Source: an uncultured bacterium (GTDB lineage: Bacteria > Krumholzibacteriota > Krumholzibacteriia > Krumholzibacteriales > Krumholzibacteriaceae). From it: a stretch of DNA of 64,000 bases. Within the stretch, counting starts at the first letter, position 1; each line of letters opens with the position of its first letter. The position numbers and the translations under genes are program-made. The notes beneath the pieces are model-generated. The model was given only the letters and a program-made list of their open reading frames with translations. It had not been told where the DNA came from and ran no database searches. Below are positions 53,983-62,872 of this stretch, piece after piece. Location of the stretch: assembly GCA_963786935.1 (NCBI GenBank), contig CAWBAN010000004.1, positions 256,001 to 320,000 of the forward strand. Direction: 5' to 3'.

Positions 53983-55773
53983 CTACCTCGCCGTCTTGAA
54001 CTTCCAGGCGGCGGACCAGGCGCTCGTGCCGTACACATTGGTCGCGGCGACGCGCCAGTAATACAACGTGTTCCTGTTGAGCCCCACGATCATCCACGTT
54101 TGCTGGAGGTTCTTCTCGTTGACCACCAGCGTCTTGAACGTGGATGCGGTGGACACCTGAAGCTTCCACGATGTCGCGTTCCCCGAAGCGCTCCAGATCA
54201 GACCGGGCGTCGGCGACACGTTCGTGGCGCCGTTCGCGGGGGAGGCGAGCAGCGGCACCGGCGGCGGCACCGCCGGCTCGGTGGTGAAGCTCCGGACCGC
54301 CGACCACGCGCTCGTGCCGGCGGAGCTCGTCGCGTTCACGCGCCAGTAGTACGTCGTGTTTCCCACGAGACCGGAGGCGGTCGCCGACGTTGTGGTGAGA
54401 CCGGCCTGGTCGTATCTGATCGTCGTGAACGCGGAGCTCGTGGCGATCTGCACGCGATAGGTTTCCGCGCCGGAAGATACGTTCCACCCGACGGGAGCCG
54501 CGACCGGCACGCCCGTGCCGTTGTTCGCCGGGTAGCTCAGCGTGGGCGTCGCCGGGAAGCTCGGGGGCATCGTGCCGAAGACGACATAGAGGAGCCTGTT
54601 CGGCGTATCGGCCGGCACGTAGCTCACGACGTCCGGCGTCGCCTGATTGACGATCGCCGCGTGCACCGTCGCCGGCGCCGCCGTCGGATTCGCCTGGAGA
54701 TACAGCGCGACGGCCCCCGCGACATGGGGAGATGCCATCGAGGTGCCCGACATGAGGGCCGTTCCGTAGTCCGATGTCGGGAACGCCGACATGATGTCGA
54801 CACCCGGCGCCTCGAGATCCACGACGCTCCCGTAGTTCGAGAAATAGGCGAACTCGTCGACGTTGCTGGTGGCCCCGATGGTGAGCGCCTCGGTGACGGC
54901 GGCGGGGGAGACGTTCACCGCTTCGTCGGTCTCGTTCCCGGCCGCGACGCAGTACGTCACGCCGGCCGCGATGGAATTTCTGACCGCCTGATCGACCGCC
55001 ATGTCCCGGGGGCCGCCGAGGGACATGTTGGCGACCGCGGGATCGATGTGGTTGGCGGTGACCCAGTCGACGCCGGCGAGGATCTGGAAGTAGGTGCCGT
55101 CGCCGTTGTTGTCGAGCACGCGGACGGCGTACAGATTGACGCCCTTGGCGACGCCGTAGGTCGTGCCGCCGATGGTCCCCGCCACGTGCGTCCCGTGGCC
55201 GTGGCCGTCGTTGCCCGTGCCCCCCTCGTCGATCGCGTCGAAACCGAAGAGAGCCCGGCCGCCGAATTCGTTGTGGGTCAGGCGAATGCCGGTGTCGATG
55301 ACGTACACGTTCACGCCGGCGCCCGTATAGGAGTAGGTGTACGAGCCGCTCAGCGGGAGCGCCCGCTGATCGACGCGATCCAGCCCCCACGTGACGGGGG
55401 ATTGCGTCGCGTCGACGTGCACGATCTGATTCTGCTCGATGTACGCCACCCGCGAATCGTAGCGCAGCGCTTCGACCATGGCCGGATTCAGCTTGCCGGC
55501 GAATCCCTTGATGGCGTGCCTATAGGTGAAGTCGGTCTTGAATCCGTGCTTCCTGCTCAGCTCGCCGACGCTCGCGGGAACGTCCGGCACGTTATCCTTG
55601 AATACGACGATGTACTCCCCGGCGACGTAGTCCGCCTTCGGGGTGCTGTTGAAGAGGGGCGCCTGTACGTTCAAGCTCTGTCCCGGCGGCGCCACCGGTT
55701 CCTGCGAACATCCCATGAACACGGCGGCGAGCGCCAGGGCGATGATGATCGGCCAACGAAGAGAGCGATTCAC
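53983..55773 (-). CDS. Subtilisin (S8A, aqualysin/proteinase K-like) lipoprotein with I9 propeptide and two Fn3-like domains
   Basis: GTG start behind AAGGAGG; lipobox FMGC; catalytic VIDTGI, HGTHVAG and SGTSMASPHVAG; TWGLDRVDQR; two YYWRV repeats. Confidence 0.93.
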   Translation of the reverse strand: MNRSLRWPIIIALALAAVFMGCSQEPVAPPGQSLNVQAPLFNSTPKADYVAGEYIVVFKDNVPDVPASVGELSRKHGFKTDFTYRHAIKGFAGKLNPAMVEALRYDSRVAYIEQNQIVHVDATQSPVTWGLDRVDQRALPLSGSYTYSYTGAGVNVYVIDTGIRLTHNEFGGRALFGFDAIDEGGTGNDGHGHGTHVAGTIGGTTYGVAKGVNLYAVRVLDNNGDGTYFQILAGVDWVTANHIDPAVANMSLGGPRDMAVDQAVRNSIAAGVTYCVAAGNETDEAVNVSPAAVTEALTIGATSNVDEFAYFSNYGSVVDLEAPGVDIMSAFPTSDYGTALMSGTSMASPHVAGAVALYLQANPTAAPATVHAAIVNQATPDVVSYVPADTPNRLLYVVFGTMPPSFPATPTLSYPANNGTGVPVAAPVGWNVSSGAETYRVQIATSSAFTTIRYDQAGLTTTSATASGLVGNTTYYWRVNATSSAGTSAWSAVRSFTTEPAVPPPVPLLASPANGATNVSPTPGLIWSASGNATSWKLQVSTASTFKTLVVNEKNLQQTWMIVGLNRNTLYYWRVAATNVYGTSAWSAAWKFKTAR

Positions 55774-56029
55774 GTCGACCTCCTTGCGCGAGTGTTCCTG
55801 ATGGCTCTGCGCCTCGAGACGGCGCAGATAACGATGGCGGATGTCCCCTTGCTGGAAGGTGCGCACCTCCTTTGCGGATGTCTCGGCGAGAGGAAATTAA
55901 GAAAGAGCGGCGCGGGGCCGTTCGGTGTAATCCGGCAGCCGCGACCCGACCTGAAGGGTCGGGTCGCATTATGCCACAATACTCATGACTGCATCGCCGG
56001 CATGTTTATCGCGCGGCAACCGGGCGTTC

Positions 56030-56797
56030 TCAGCGCCCGAACGGAATCGCGACTCCCGCCTGGATGCCGATCCCGCTGTTGTAGCTGTCGTGCCCCGTCG
56101 TCGTGTTGTCGATCGTCGTGAAGCCGCGGCCCCAGCGCGCGTCGAGCAGCAGATCGACCTTGCCGAGCGCATACGAGAGCGAGAACCCGAGGACCCCGCC
56201 GATCTGGATATCCTCGATTATCGTGTCGGCGTCCCGAGTCTCGTCGACGGCTACTATCTCATGCGTCGTATCGGGCTCATCGAATTTTGCCTCGCCCTTC
56301 AGCTGCACCTCGGCCGATGCGCAGTACGCGAACGTGGGGCCGAAGAAGGCGTGAAGCCGGAGACGGCCTTGCTCGTCGGCTTTGAAAGAGAATACCGCCA
56401 GCACGGGCATCTCGACGTAGTCGAGGTTCAGCAGCAGGGTGCCGTCGAACTCGGCCAGCTGCGGGTTCTGGTTCGGCCGCTCCATGATCGCGGTTCCGGA
56501 GACAGGGCCTTCTCCGCCCTGTTGCACGTACTGGACTTCGGCCTGGACCCCGAAGAAATCGCTGAAATTAACCTTCAAATACGCACCGCCGACGAACCCG
56601 AGACGGTCATCGCCGACCGAGCCGGCGAGATCGCCGTTATCCCCGGCGACAAAGGCGCTGACCGGATCTCCAATCAGTTTCGCCGAGTTCATGCCCAGCT
56701 TGAGCCCTGTCTCCCAGGTGACGCCGTATGCAGCGCCGCACGCGAGCGCGATAACGAGCAGGCCGGCGGCGGCCACTTTGACGGGGTGCAGTTTCAT
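56030..56797 (-). CDS. Outer-membrane beta-barrel (PorT/OMP_b-brl_2-like), paralog A
   Basis: GLKLGMN, IQ/VQAEV.Y..GG, LDYVEMPVL and LLLDARWGRG; signal peptide. Confidence 0.82.
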   Translation of the reverse strand: MKLHPVKVAAAGLLVIALACGAAYGVTWETGLKLGMNSAKLIGDPVSAFVAGDNGDLAGSVGDDRLGFVGGAYLKVNFSDFFGVQAEVQYVQQGGEGPVSGTAIMERPNQNPQLAEFDGTLLLNLDYVEMPVLAVFSFKADEQGRLRLHAFFGPTFAYCASAEVQLKGEAKFDEPDTTHEIVAVDETRDADTIIEDIQIGGVLGFSLSYALGKVDLLLDARWGRGFTTIDNTTTGHDSYNSGIGIQAGVAIPFGR

Positions 56798-56947
56798 GCG
56801 AATTCCCTCCTTGTTCCTTCCGTGAATCGACAACTCCGGAGATCCGTATAAGCGCACGCTATTATGAGGCTTCGCCCGTCGATCCTCAAGGGCTTTTTCT
56901 GTCTCCGCGGGCCGGGATCGCCTGAGGCGATGACCGCCGCCCGGCCG

Positions 56948-57721
56948 TCATCGGCTCCCGAGCGGAAAGGCGAATCCCGCCATGAGGTCGACGCCGCTGG
57001 TGAAGCTGCTGCGTTCGTTCACCGTGTTGTCGATCGTGGTGAGGCCGCGGCCCCATCGCGCATCGAGCAGCATTTCCATGCCGGCGTACGCGTACGATAT
57101 GGAAATGCCGATAAGGGCGCCGACCTCGAAATCCTCGACCCACGGCCCGGCGTCCTTGGCCTCGTCGACGAGGAAGCTCTGCTCGTCGAGCGGCAGTGTC
57201 GGATTATAGGCTTGCCCCTCGAGCCGCATCTCGGCAGCCGCGTTATAGGAAAACGTGGGGCCGACGAGCCCGCGCAGCGACAACCGTCCGCTCTCCGTGG
57301 GCTTGAGCGTGAATACCGCCAGGACGGGCATCTCGACGCAGTCGAGCACGAGCGTCAGGGTGCCGTCGAACGTGGACTCCAGCGGCACTTGGTTCGGCGG
57401 AGTGACGACCGCGGTCCCCTCTGCGGGGCCTTCTCCGCCCTTCTGCTTGTAGAGTATCTCGGCCTGGATCCCGAAGAAGCGATTGAAGTCGGCCCGCGCA
57501 TATCCGCCGCCCATGAATCCGATCCTGGAGTCGTCGATCGCGCCCGCAAGCTGCGCGTCGCCCTCGCCGAGCCAGGCGGAAACCGGATCCCCCGCCAGCA
57601 TCGAATTGGTAATGCCCGCCTTCAGCCCCGCCTCCCACGTGATTCCGTATGCAACGCCGCTTCCGAGCGCAGCGAGAACCGCCGTCGTGAGAACGGTCAG
57701 CTTGATGGAATGCAGATTCAT
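56948..57721 (-). CDS. Outer-membrane beta-barrel (PorT/OMP_b-brl_2-like), paralog B
   Basis: Start MNLHSIKL behind AAGGAGG; colinear with paralog A (GDPVSA, EMPVLAVF, LLDARWGRG.TTIDNT). Confidence 0.82.
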   Translation of the reverse strand: MNLHSIKLTVLTTAVLAALGSGVAYGITWEAGLKAGITNSMLAGDPVSAWLGEGDAQLAGAIDDSRIGFMGGGYARADFNRFFGIQAEILYKQKGGEGPAEGTAVVTPPNQVPLESTFDGTLTLVLDCVEMPVLAVFTLKPTESGRLSLRGLVGPTFSYNAAAEMRLEGQAYNPTLPLDEQSFLVDEAKDAGPWVEDFEVGALIGISISYAYAGMEMLLDARWGRGLTTIDNTVNERSSFTSGVDLMAGFAFPLGSR

Positions 57722-58255
57722 CGGAGGCCCCTCCTTGGTCTTGTGTGGTGATCGATAGATCCGCGCGCGCAGCCGCGATTGTACTTCATTCTCCGGCGAT
57801 ATACAAGTCGAGCATCGACCCAACGGCCCGGCCGCATCTTGCAGCATAAAATCCAACCCGAAGACCCATAGACTCCCTGACGGCGTGAGCGGCCGGTTGC
57901 CCCCTCGCCATCCGTTTCGAGGAACAGCAGCGCGTCGGGGCGCAGCTCGATGACGCTGTCGGACCAGTGGTAGAGGGGAATCGTGAGCCCGCCCCCGCAG
58001 GCGAGCGACAGGTCGTGATCGTACTGCACCCACTCGTAGATATCGAGTTTCGGGAACAGCAAGAGTTCGGCGCGCCAGTCGGCGTCGACCAGTCTTCCGT
58101 TTCCCGACCTCGACCATCATCGGCCAAGCCGGATCTTGACACGGAATGGAATTTCCCATAGAAACAGAATCACGGCGCCTTCGACACAGGGGACGGGAAA
58201 AAGAGTTCCTCATCTGCGACCGCAGCAACACCGTGAAGAATATCTTCCCGAAAAA

Positions 58256-58285
58256 GTGTAACCCGTCCCCTCAAGCGCCGTCTCA
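58256..58285 (+). promoter_or_regulatory. ECF-sigma-type promoter (autoregulatory)
   Basis: GTGTAAC-N16-CGTCTCA upstream of the ECF gene; the same boxes recur at 60895-60924. Confidence 0.7.
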
Positions 58286-58323
58286 TCGAATGGAACCGAT
58301 CCGCCCGGGAGGGCCCCGAGAGA

Positions 58324-58923
58324 ATGATTGACCAGGACGAACAGATAGTCCGTGCGGTCCAGGCGGGCCGGACCGAGGCGTTCGCCGGGCTCGTAAGCCG
58401 CCACAAGGACAGGGTGTACGCGATCCTGCTCCGTCTCGTCCGGGATCCGGACACGGCCGAAGAGCTCGCGCAGGAGGCCTTTGTCCGCGCGTGGCGCGGG
58501 ATCGACGGTTTCCGGGGGCGGGCGCTCTTTGCGACCTGGCTTGTCCAGATCGCGATCCATCTGGCCCGCGACCGGATGCGCGAGCGTCGTCGGAGCCGGA
58601 CGGTGTCGCTCGACGAGCTTCTCGAGAAAAGCGCCGACGACTCGGCGCTCGTGGACACGAGGTCGCGACACGATCCGTCGTCGGAGGTGAGCGACAACGA
58701 CATGATGAAACGTCTCGAGGCGGCGCTCGGCGATCTCCCGCCCGCCTATCGCGAAGTCTTCGTGCTTCACCATATCGAAGACGTACCGTATGAGGAGATC
58801 GCATCGCTGACGGGAGACTCGGTGGGGTCTCTGAAAGTGAGGGCGCACCGCGCGCGAAAACTTCTCAGAGAGGCGATCTCTCCCGACGCGGAATTCGTCG
58901 CGCCGGAGGACAAGGCGGATTGA
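58324..58923 (+). CDS. ECF RNA polymerase sigma factor (sigma-24/RpoE family)
   Basis: AEELAQEAFVRAW..F....FATWL.QIA; LPPAYREVFVL....VPYEEIA...SVGSLKVRAHRARKLLRE. Confidence 0.93.
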   Translation: MIDQDEQIVRAVQAGRTEAFAGLVSRHKDRVYAILLRLVRDPDTAEELAQEAFVRAWRGIDGFRGRALFATWLVQIAIHLARDRMRERRRSRTVSLDELLEKSADDSALVDTRSRHDPSSEVSDNDMMKRLEAALGDLPPAYREVFVLHHIEDVPYEEIASLTGDSVGSLKVRAHRARKLLREAISPDAEFVAPEDKAD

Positions 58924-58950
58924 GCCAAACGAAAAGAAGGTGAGACTGCC

Positions 58951-59625
58951 ATGGACGCCCTTTTTGCACGCTATTTCGACGGAGAACTGAACGATCGCGA
59001 GGCGCGGGAGTTTCTCGAAGCGATCGCGGCGGATCCACGTCTTGAAAAAGAGCTCCGCGATTTCGAGCGTGTGCTCGCGCTCGGCAAGGCGCTTCCCGTG
59101 CCGAAAGCCCCGGCGGGGTTTGCGGAGCGAGTCATGGCGCGGATTTCTCTCGAGGAAAAGAGGGAGACCGGGCCCGAAAGAAAACCGTTCCGGCTTCCCG
59201 TAATCGGGATCCGCTGGACGGGTGTCGCGGTCGCCGCGGCGGCGATCGCGCTCGCCTACATCGGCGGCATGTATACCGCGCGCAACCGTCCCGTCACGCC
59301 GGCGACAACTTTGGGAACCGGCCCCGGCTTCGTCAACCAGGCCGCCGCGGAATCCGGACTGCGGTATGTCCGTCTCGCATACGTCCCCAGCAATCCGTCG
59401 GTTGAAAAGGTGACCGTTGTGGGGAGTTTCAACAACTGGGACCCGGAAGCGACCCCGCTGCAGCGCCAGGATGGCGTGTGGAGCACGATTCTCGTTCTCG
59501 CGCCGGGGAACTACGAGTACATGTTCTTCGAAAACAGCGCTCGCTGGGTGATCGATCCGCTCGCCGCGCAGACAAGGGACGACGGCTTTGGAGGCTCGAA
59601 TGCAGTCCTCGAAGTGGGGACGTAA
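58951..59625 (+). CDS. Anti-sigma factor with TM and periplasmic CBM48 (AMPK glycogen-binding-like) domain
   Basis: YFDGEL...APAGFAERVM anti-sigma N-terminus; TM; KVTVVGSFNNW...GVWS..L.LAPGNYEYMF...WVIDP...DDGFGGSNAVL. Confidence 0.8.
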   Translation: MDALFARYFDGELNDREAREFLEAIAADPRLEKELRDFERVLALGKALPVPKAPAGFAERVMARISLEEKRETGPERKPFRLPVIGIRWTGVAVAAAAIALAYIGGMYTARNRPVTPATTLGTGPGFVNQAAAESGLRYVRLAYVPSNPSVEKVTVVGSFNNWDPEATPLQRQDGVWSTILVLAPGNYEYMFFENSARWVIDPLAAQTRDDGFGGSNAVLEVGT

Positions 59626-60886
59626 TTCGTTCGCCTGCCTCGTCGCCGCGATCGTGATGATCATGGCATCGCGTTCGGCGGCCCAATGGCGGGTGATCCC
59701 CGAGGTCCGCCTGTCGGGAGGCGAGGAGTCCGATCTCGTGATCGACCCGAGCGTCAACCGCGTGGTCGTTCCCGGGGGCGCGTTCGCGGAGCTCTCGCCA
59801 CGGCTCGCCGCGAGAGGCTGGATCGGAAGGGACGCGATTCTCGATCTCGGAACGTTTGCGTCGTTTCAACAATTCTTCAACGACGAATCGCGTCTTCTGT
59901 ACGCGCAGACGATCTGGGGCGATCTCTACCAGAACTTCGGCCGATCGTTTCGCGGCCGCCTCTCGACGGCGTTCGACTATTTCAACGATTCGGAGCAAGC
60001 CGAAGTCCGCCGTTTCGGGTATGGCGCGGAGGCGGGGTTCGGTTTCGTTCGTCCGCGGTGGAACGTGGAGCTCTGGGGCGCCGCCTACGGCCGGAGCTAT
60101 CCGAATCTCGCCGTGAAGAACATACACGAACAGTCGTCGACATACACGGAAACCACCTGGAGCGGCGCGGGGACCGTTCGCGTCGCGCCCGCGGGACGCG
60201 TCAGCGTGAGAACGGACGCGATCTATCAAGCGACCGACGCGCTCGATGCATACTACGACTCCGAGTCGCTGACGGCGTCCGGGAGTATCGACGCGCGCGT
60301 GGCCTCTTCGCTCTTTATAACGTTTTCCGGAACATATCAGAAAAGGGAGTTCATCGACCGCGCGGCTCTCGAGGACGAGGACGAATATCTCCAGGCGGGC
60401 GTGGGGATGCGCTACACGGTGGCGCCGGGATGGATGATACTCGCGCGCGCGGCGTTTTCGAATTACACGTGGCCCGACGGGAGCGATGAGGACTCGCACC
60501 GTTTTTCCGTTGGCGTGAACTACGCGTGGGGCAGGCGCGATGCGCCGCCGCCGCCGCGTGTCGACATCGATATGATCGTCCGCGAAAGCCGGGGCGCGAT
60601 CCAGACACCCGACGCGCGCGGGAGCGTGGTGCTCCGGATCAAGGCGCCGGACGCCGCGAGCGTATCCGTCGTCGGAACGTTCAACGGGTGGGAGAGCGGC
60701 GCGACTCCGCTTGCGAAAGCGGCTGACGGATGGTGGGAAGCGCGCGTGACGCTCGGGCCGGGGACCTACGAGTACGCCTATATGGTTGACGGAGCGTACC
60801 TGACGCCGCCGGAATCCCTTGTCACGCTGGAAGACGGCTTCGGAAGGTTCAATGGCATCCTGGAAGTGATGCCGCTCGAAAAATAG
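59600..60886 (+). CDS. Outer-membrane beta-barrel protein with C-terminal CBM48 domain
   Basis: Signal peptide; amphipathic strands to FSVGVNYAW; then APDAASVSVVGTFNGW...GWWEA...LGPGTYEYAYMVDG...DGFGRFNGIL. Confidence 0.75.
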   Translation: MQSSKWGRNSFACLVAAIVMIMASRSAAQWRVIPEVRLSGGEESDLVIDPSVNRVVVPGGAFAELSPRLAARGWIGRDAILDLGTFASFQQFFNDESRLLYAQTIWGDLYQNFGRSFRGRLSTAFDYFNDSEQAEVRRFGYGAEAGFGFVRPRWNVELWGAAYGRSYPNLAVKNIHEQSSTYTETTWSGAGTVRVAPAGRVSVRTDAIYQATDALDAYYDSESLTASGSIDARVASSLFITFSGTYQKREFIDRAALEDEDEYLQAGVGMRYTVAPGWMILARAAFSNYTWPDGSDEDSHRFSVGVNYAWGRRDAPPPPRVDIDMIVRESRGAIQTPDARGSVVLRIKAPDAASVSVVGTFNGWESGATPLAKAADGWWEARVTLGPGTYEYAYMVDGAYLTPPESLVTLEDGFGRFNGILEVMPLEK

Positions 60887-60894
60887 CCGCGCGG

Positions 60895-60924
60895 GTGTAA
60901 CGCGCGAGGGATTCAGTCGTCTCA
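60895..60924 (+). promoter_or_regulatory. Second ECF-type promoter
   Basis: GTGTAAC-N16-CGTCTCA, matching the ECF gene's own promoter boxes. Confidence 0.7.
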
Positions 60925-60988
60925 ATAGATGCGACGGAGGAAAGACTCTCTGGAACCCGTCGGGAGATCAGGATAGGAGGCACGCCGT

Positions 60989-62017
60989 ATGAAAAAGCAA
61001 CTCACACGTACGACGATAGTGAACGGTTCTTTGATCGTTCTCTTCGCTCTTCTTCTCATGGGGCCGCTCGCCCGCGCCGCTTCGGCGCAGGATAACGAGC
61101 GCCAGCGGATCCGCGATCGGATCGAGAGCGAACAGGGACTTCAAACGCAGGAACGCGAACAGCTCCGCCGGCATCTCAGCGAGTGCGAGAAGCTCGGTCT
61201 CGACGACGCGGCGGTCGGCACGATCTTCAGCGAGAGCGAACCGCTCCAGCGACAGATCCGGGCGCAGGAACGCGTCCTCGCCATGGCGCGCGAGGGTCTT
61301 CCCATCGATCCGGTGACGCAAAAGCTCCAGGAGGGCCGGCGGAAAGGCGTGAGCGAAGAGGTGCTGGAGAAGGTGTGCGCGCGCATGGAGGAGGATGTCC
61401 GCGCGGCGAATCGCCACATGCAGAAAGCGCGGGAAGCGGGCGTGACGCCGGGGGACCGCGACGCCGAACGCCGCCGCACGGCCGATATGGCGAAGCAGAT
61501 GTTCAACGGTTTTGGAGAGGGCGACATGGATCGACTCCACGAGAGCGCGCGTCTTCGGCTTCGCGACGGCTCGTGCGCGACCGAAGATCTTACCGCGGCC
61601 GCCGAAACGACCGTCAAGCTGCGCGCGATGGGGATCGAGCGCGAGAGGGCTGCTCGCCTGGCGGGGGAGGCGCTGCAGTTCGGCTACACGGCCCGTGAGA
61701 TGCGCCAGTTCAGCTGGATGATTATGACGGCGAAGACGCACGGCGGCCCGCAGAACGCCGTGCTCGAGACAATCGAGCGCGGCATCCGGAATCAGTATCA
61801 GATCAACGAGATGGTCCGTGAAATGTACCAGTACGGCTGGATGGGCCCCGCTGACGAACGCGGCGGACATGGCGGACAGGATCCGACGGGCGGCGCGGGC
61901 GGCCGTCGCGGCGGAGGCGGAACGGACGGCAAGGGCGAAATGGGCGGGCCCGGCGGTTCCGGTGAGCAGACGGGCCAGGGCGGAACGGGTGGCGGCGGAG
62001 GTAACGGGAACGGCTGA
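60989..62017 (+). CDS. Exported alpha-helical protein with Gly-rich tail (unknown function)
   Basis: AGGAGG RBS; signal peptide; charged helices (GLPIDPVTQKLQEGRRKGV); poly-Gly C-terminus. Confidence 0.7.
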   Translation: MKKQLTRTTIVNGSLIVLFALLLMGPLARAASAQDNERQRIRDRIESEQGLQTQEREQLRRHLSECEKLGLDDAAVGTIFSESEPLQRQIRAQERVLAMAREGLPIDPVTQKLQEGRRKGVSEEVLEKVCARMEEDVRAANRHMQKAREAGVTPGDRDAERRRTADMAKQMFNGFGEGDMDRLHESARLRLRDGSCATEDLTAAAETTVKLRAMGIERERAARLAGEALQFGYTAREMRQFSWMIMTAKTHGGPQNAVLETIERGIRNQYQINEMVREMYQYGWMGPADERGGHGGQDPTGGAGGRRGGGGTDGKGEMGGPGGSGEQTGQGGTGGGGGNGNG

Positions 62018-62161
62018 CGGCGAACGCGACATATTCCGGTCGCGGAGGCCGCCGCACCGCGCGTCAACTGTGTGAAGGACGCAACTTCAGAGCGACGCAG
62101 CAGGCAGGCAGCAGGCAGGGCAGCAAGCGGGCAGCACACTTGAACCTGAGGAGGACACGCT

Positions 62162-62533
62162 ATGCGTAAGATGATCACTATCGCAGCAGTCATGCTCGCG
62201 ATTTTCGTCCTTGCTTCCCCGTCCGTGATGGCGGGCAGCGGCAAAGGCACGGGCGAAGGGAATCACTTCAAGAAATTCTACCAGTGGCTCAGGGATGACG
62301 ACGGGGACGGCATTCCGAATTGCCTCGATCCCGACTACGTGAGGCCCGAAGACGGCGCCGGTTACGGCAAGCTCGGTCCGAGCTTGAGCGCCGTTCAGGG
62401 CGGAGACAGGGATCAGATCAGAGACAGGGATCAGATTCGGGATCGCGATCAGCTCAAGGACGGATCCTGCAATGAAACGTGCACCGGCAACGTGTATAAG
62501 CTGAGCTATAAGTGGGCGGGATCCAAGAAGTAG
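62162..62533 (+). CDS. Small exported protein with DxDGDG Ca-binding motif and DRDQ(I/L) repeats
   Basis: GAGGAGG RBS; signal peptide; DDDGDGIPNCLDPDY; 18-bp repeat x3. Confidence 0.7.
   Translation: MRKMITIAAVMLAIFVLASPSVMAGSGKGTGEGNHFKKFYQWLRDDDGDGIPNCLDPDYVRPEDGAGYGKLGPSLSAVQGGDRDQIRDRDQIRDRDQLKDGSCNETCTGNVYKLSYKWAGSKK
62405..62458 (+). repeat. Three imperfect 18-bp coding tandem repeats
   Basis: GACAGGGATCAGATCAGA / GACAGGGATCAGATTCGG / GATCGCGATCAGCTCAAG. Confidence 0.75.
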
Positions 62534-62574
62534 CTGCTCTCCGCTTCGTTACTCGCCTTGCTGCGCATTGTCGA

Positions 62575-62606
62575 GACGCCCCCAGGCTCGCGAGCCCGGG
62601 GGCGTC
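62575..62606 (+). terminator. Hairpin after the ECF-linked genes
   Basis: GACGCCCCC.GGCTCG/CGAGCC.GGGGGCGTC, with ATATTTT shortly after. Confidence 0.5.
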
Positions 62607-62872
62607 CGCATATTTTCCGAAAGAACAACCCAGGAATCGGCCTTGACACAAAGACCGAATTGCTCCAGTATTGTCCTGGCGGCTTTTAATAATTTTACAT
62701 TCGAGTTGAAATGGGTTGAGGCAGGGGCAACGACCGCCGGATCGGCGTCTCGCGGCCCCGGCCATGAGACCGTCCATTGGAAGAAAGGAGGCAGGCAACG
62801 CTCGTTGTGCAGGCCTGATCTCCAGCGAGACCAGGCAGCGTAGGATTCGCTGAACCGGAGGGAGGTCGGAAT

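Noticed and set aside
57722..58120. Possible gene remnant on the minus strand (…LLFPKLDIYEWVQYDHDLSLACGGGLTIPLYHW…)
   Set aside because: Looks protein-like but has no credible start, RBS or recognisable family.
62640..62870. Riboswitch upstream of the alpha/beta hydrolase
   Set aside because: Some hairpin potential, but no consensus of a known riboswitch that I can support.
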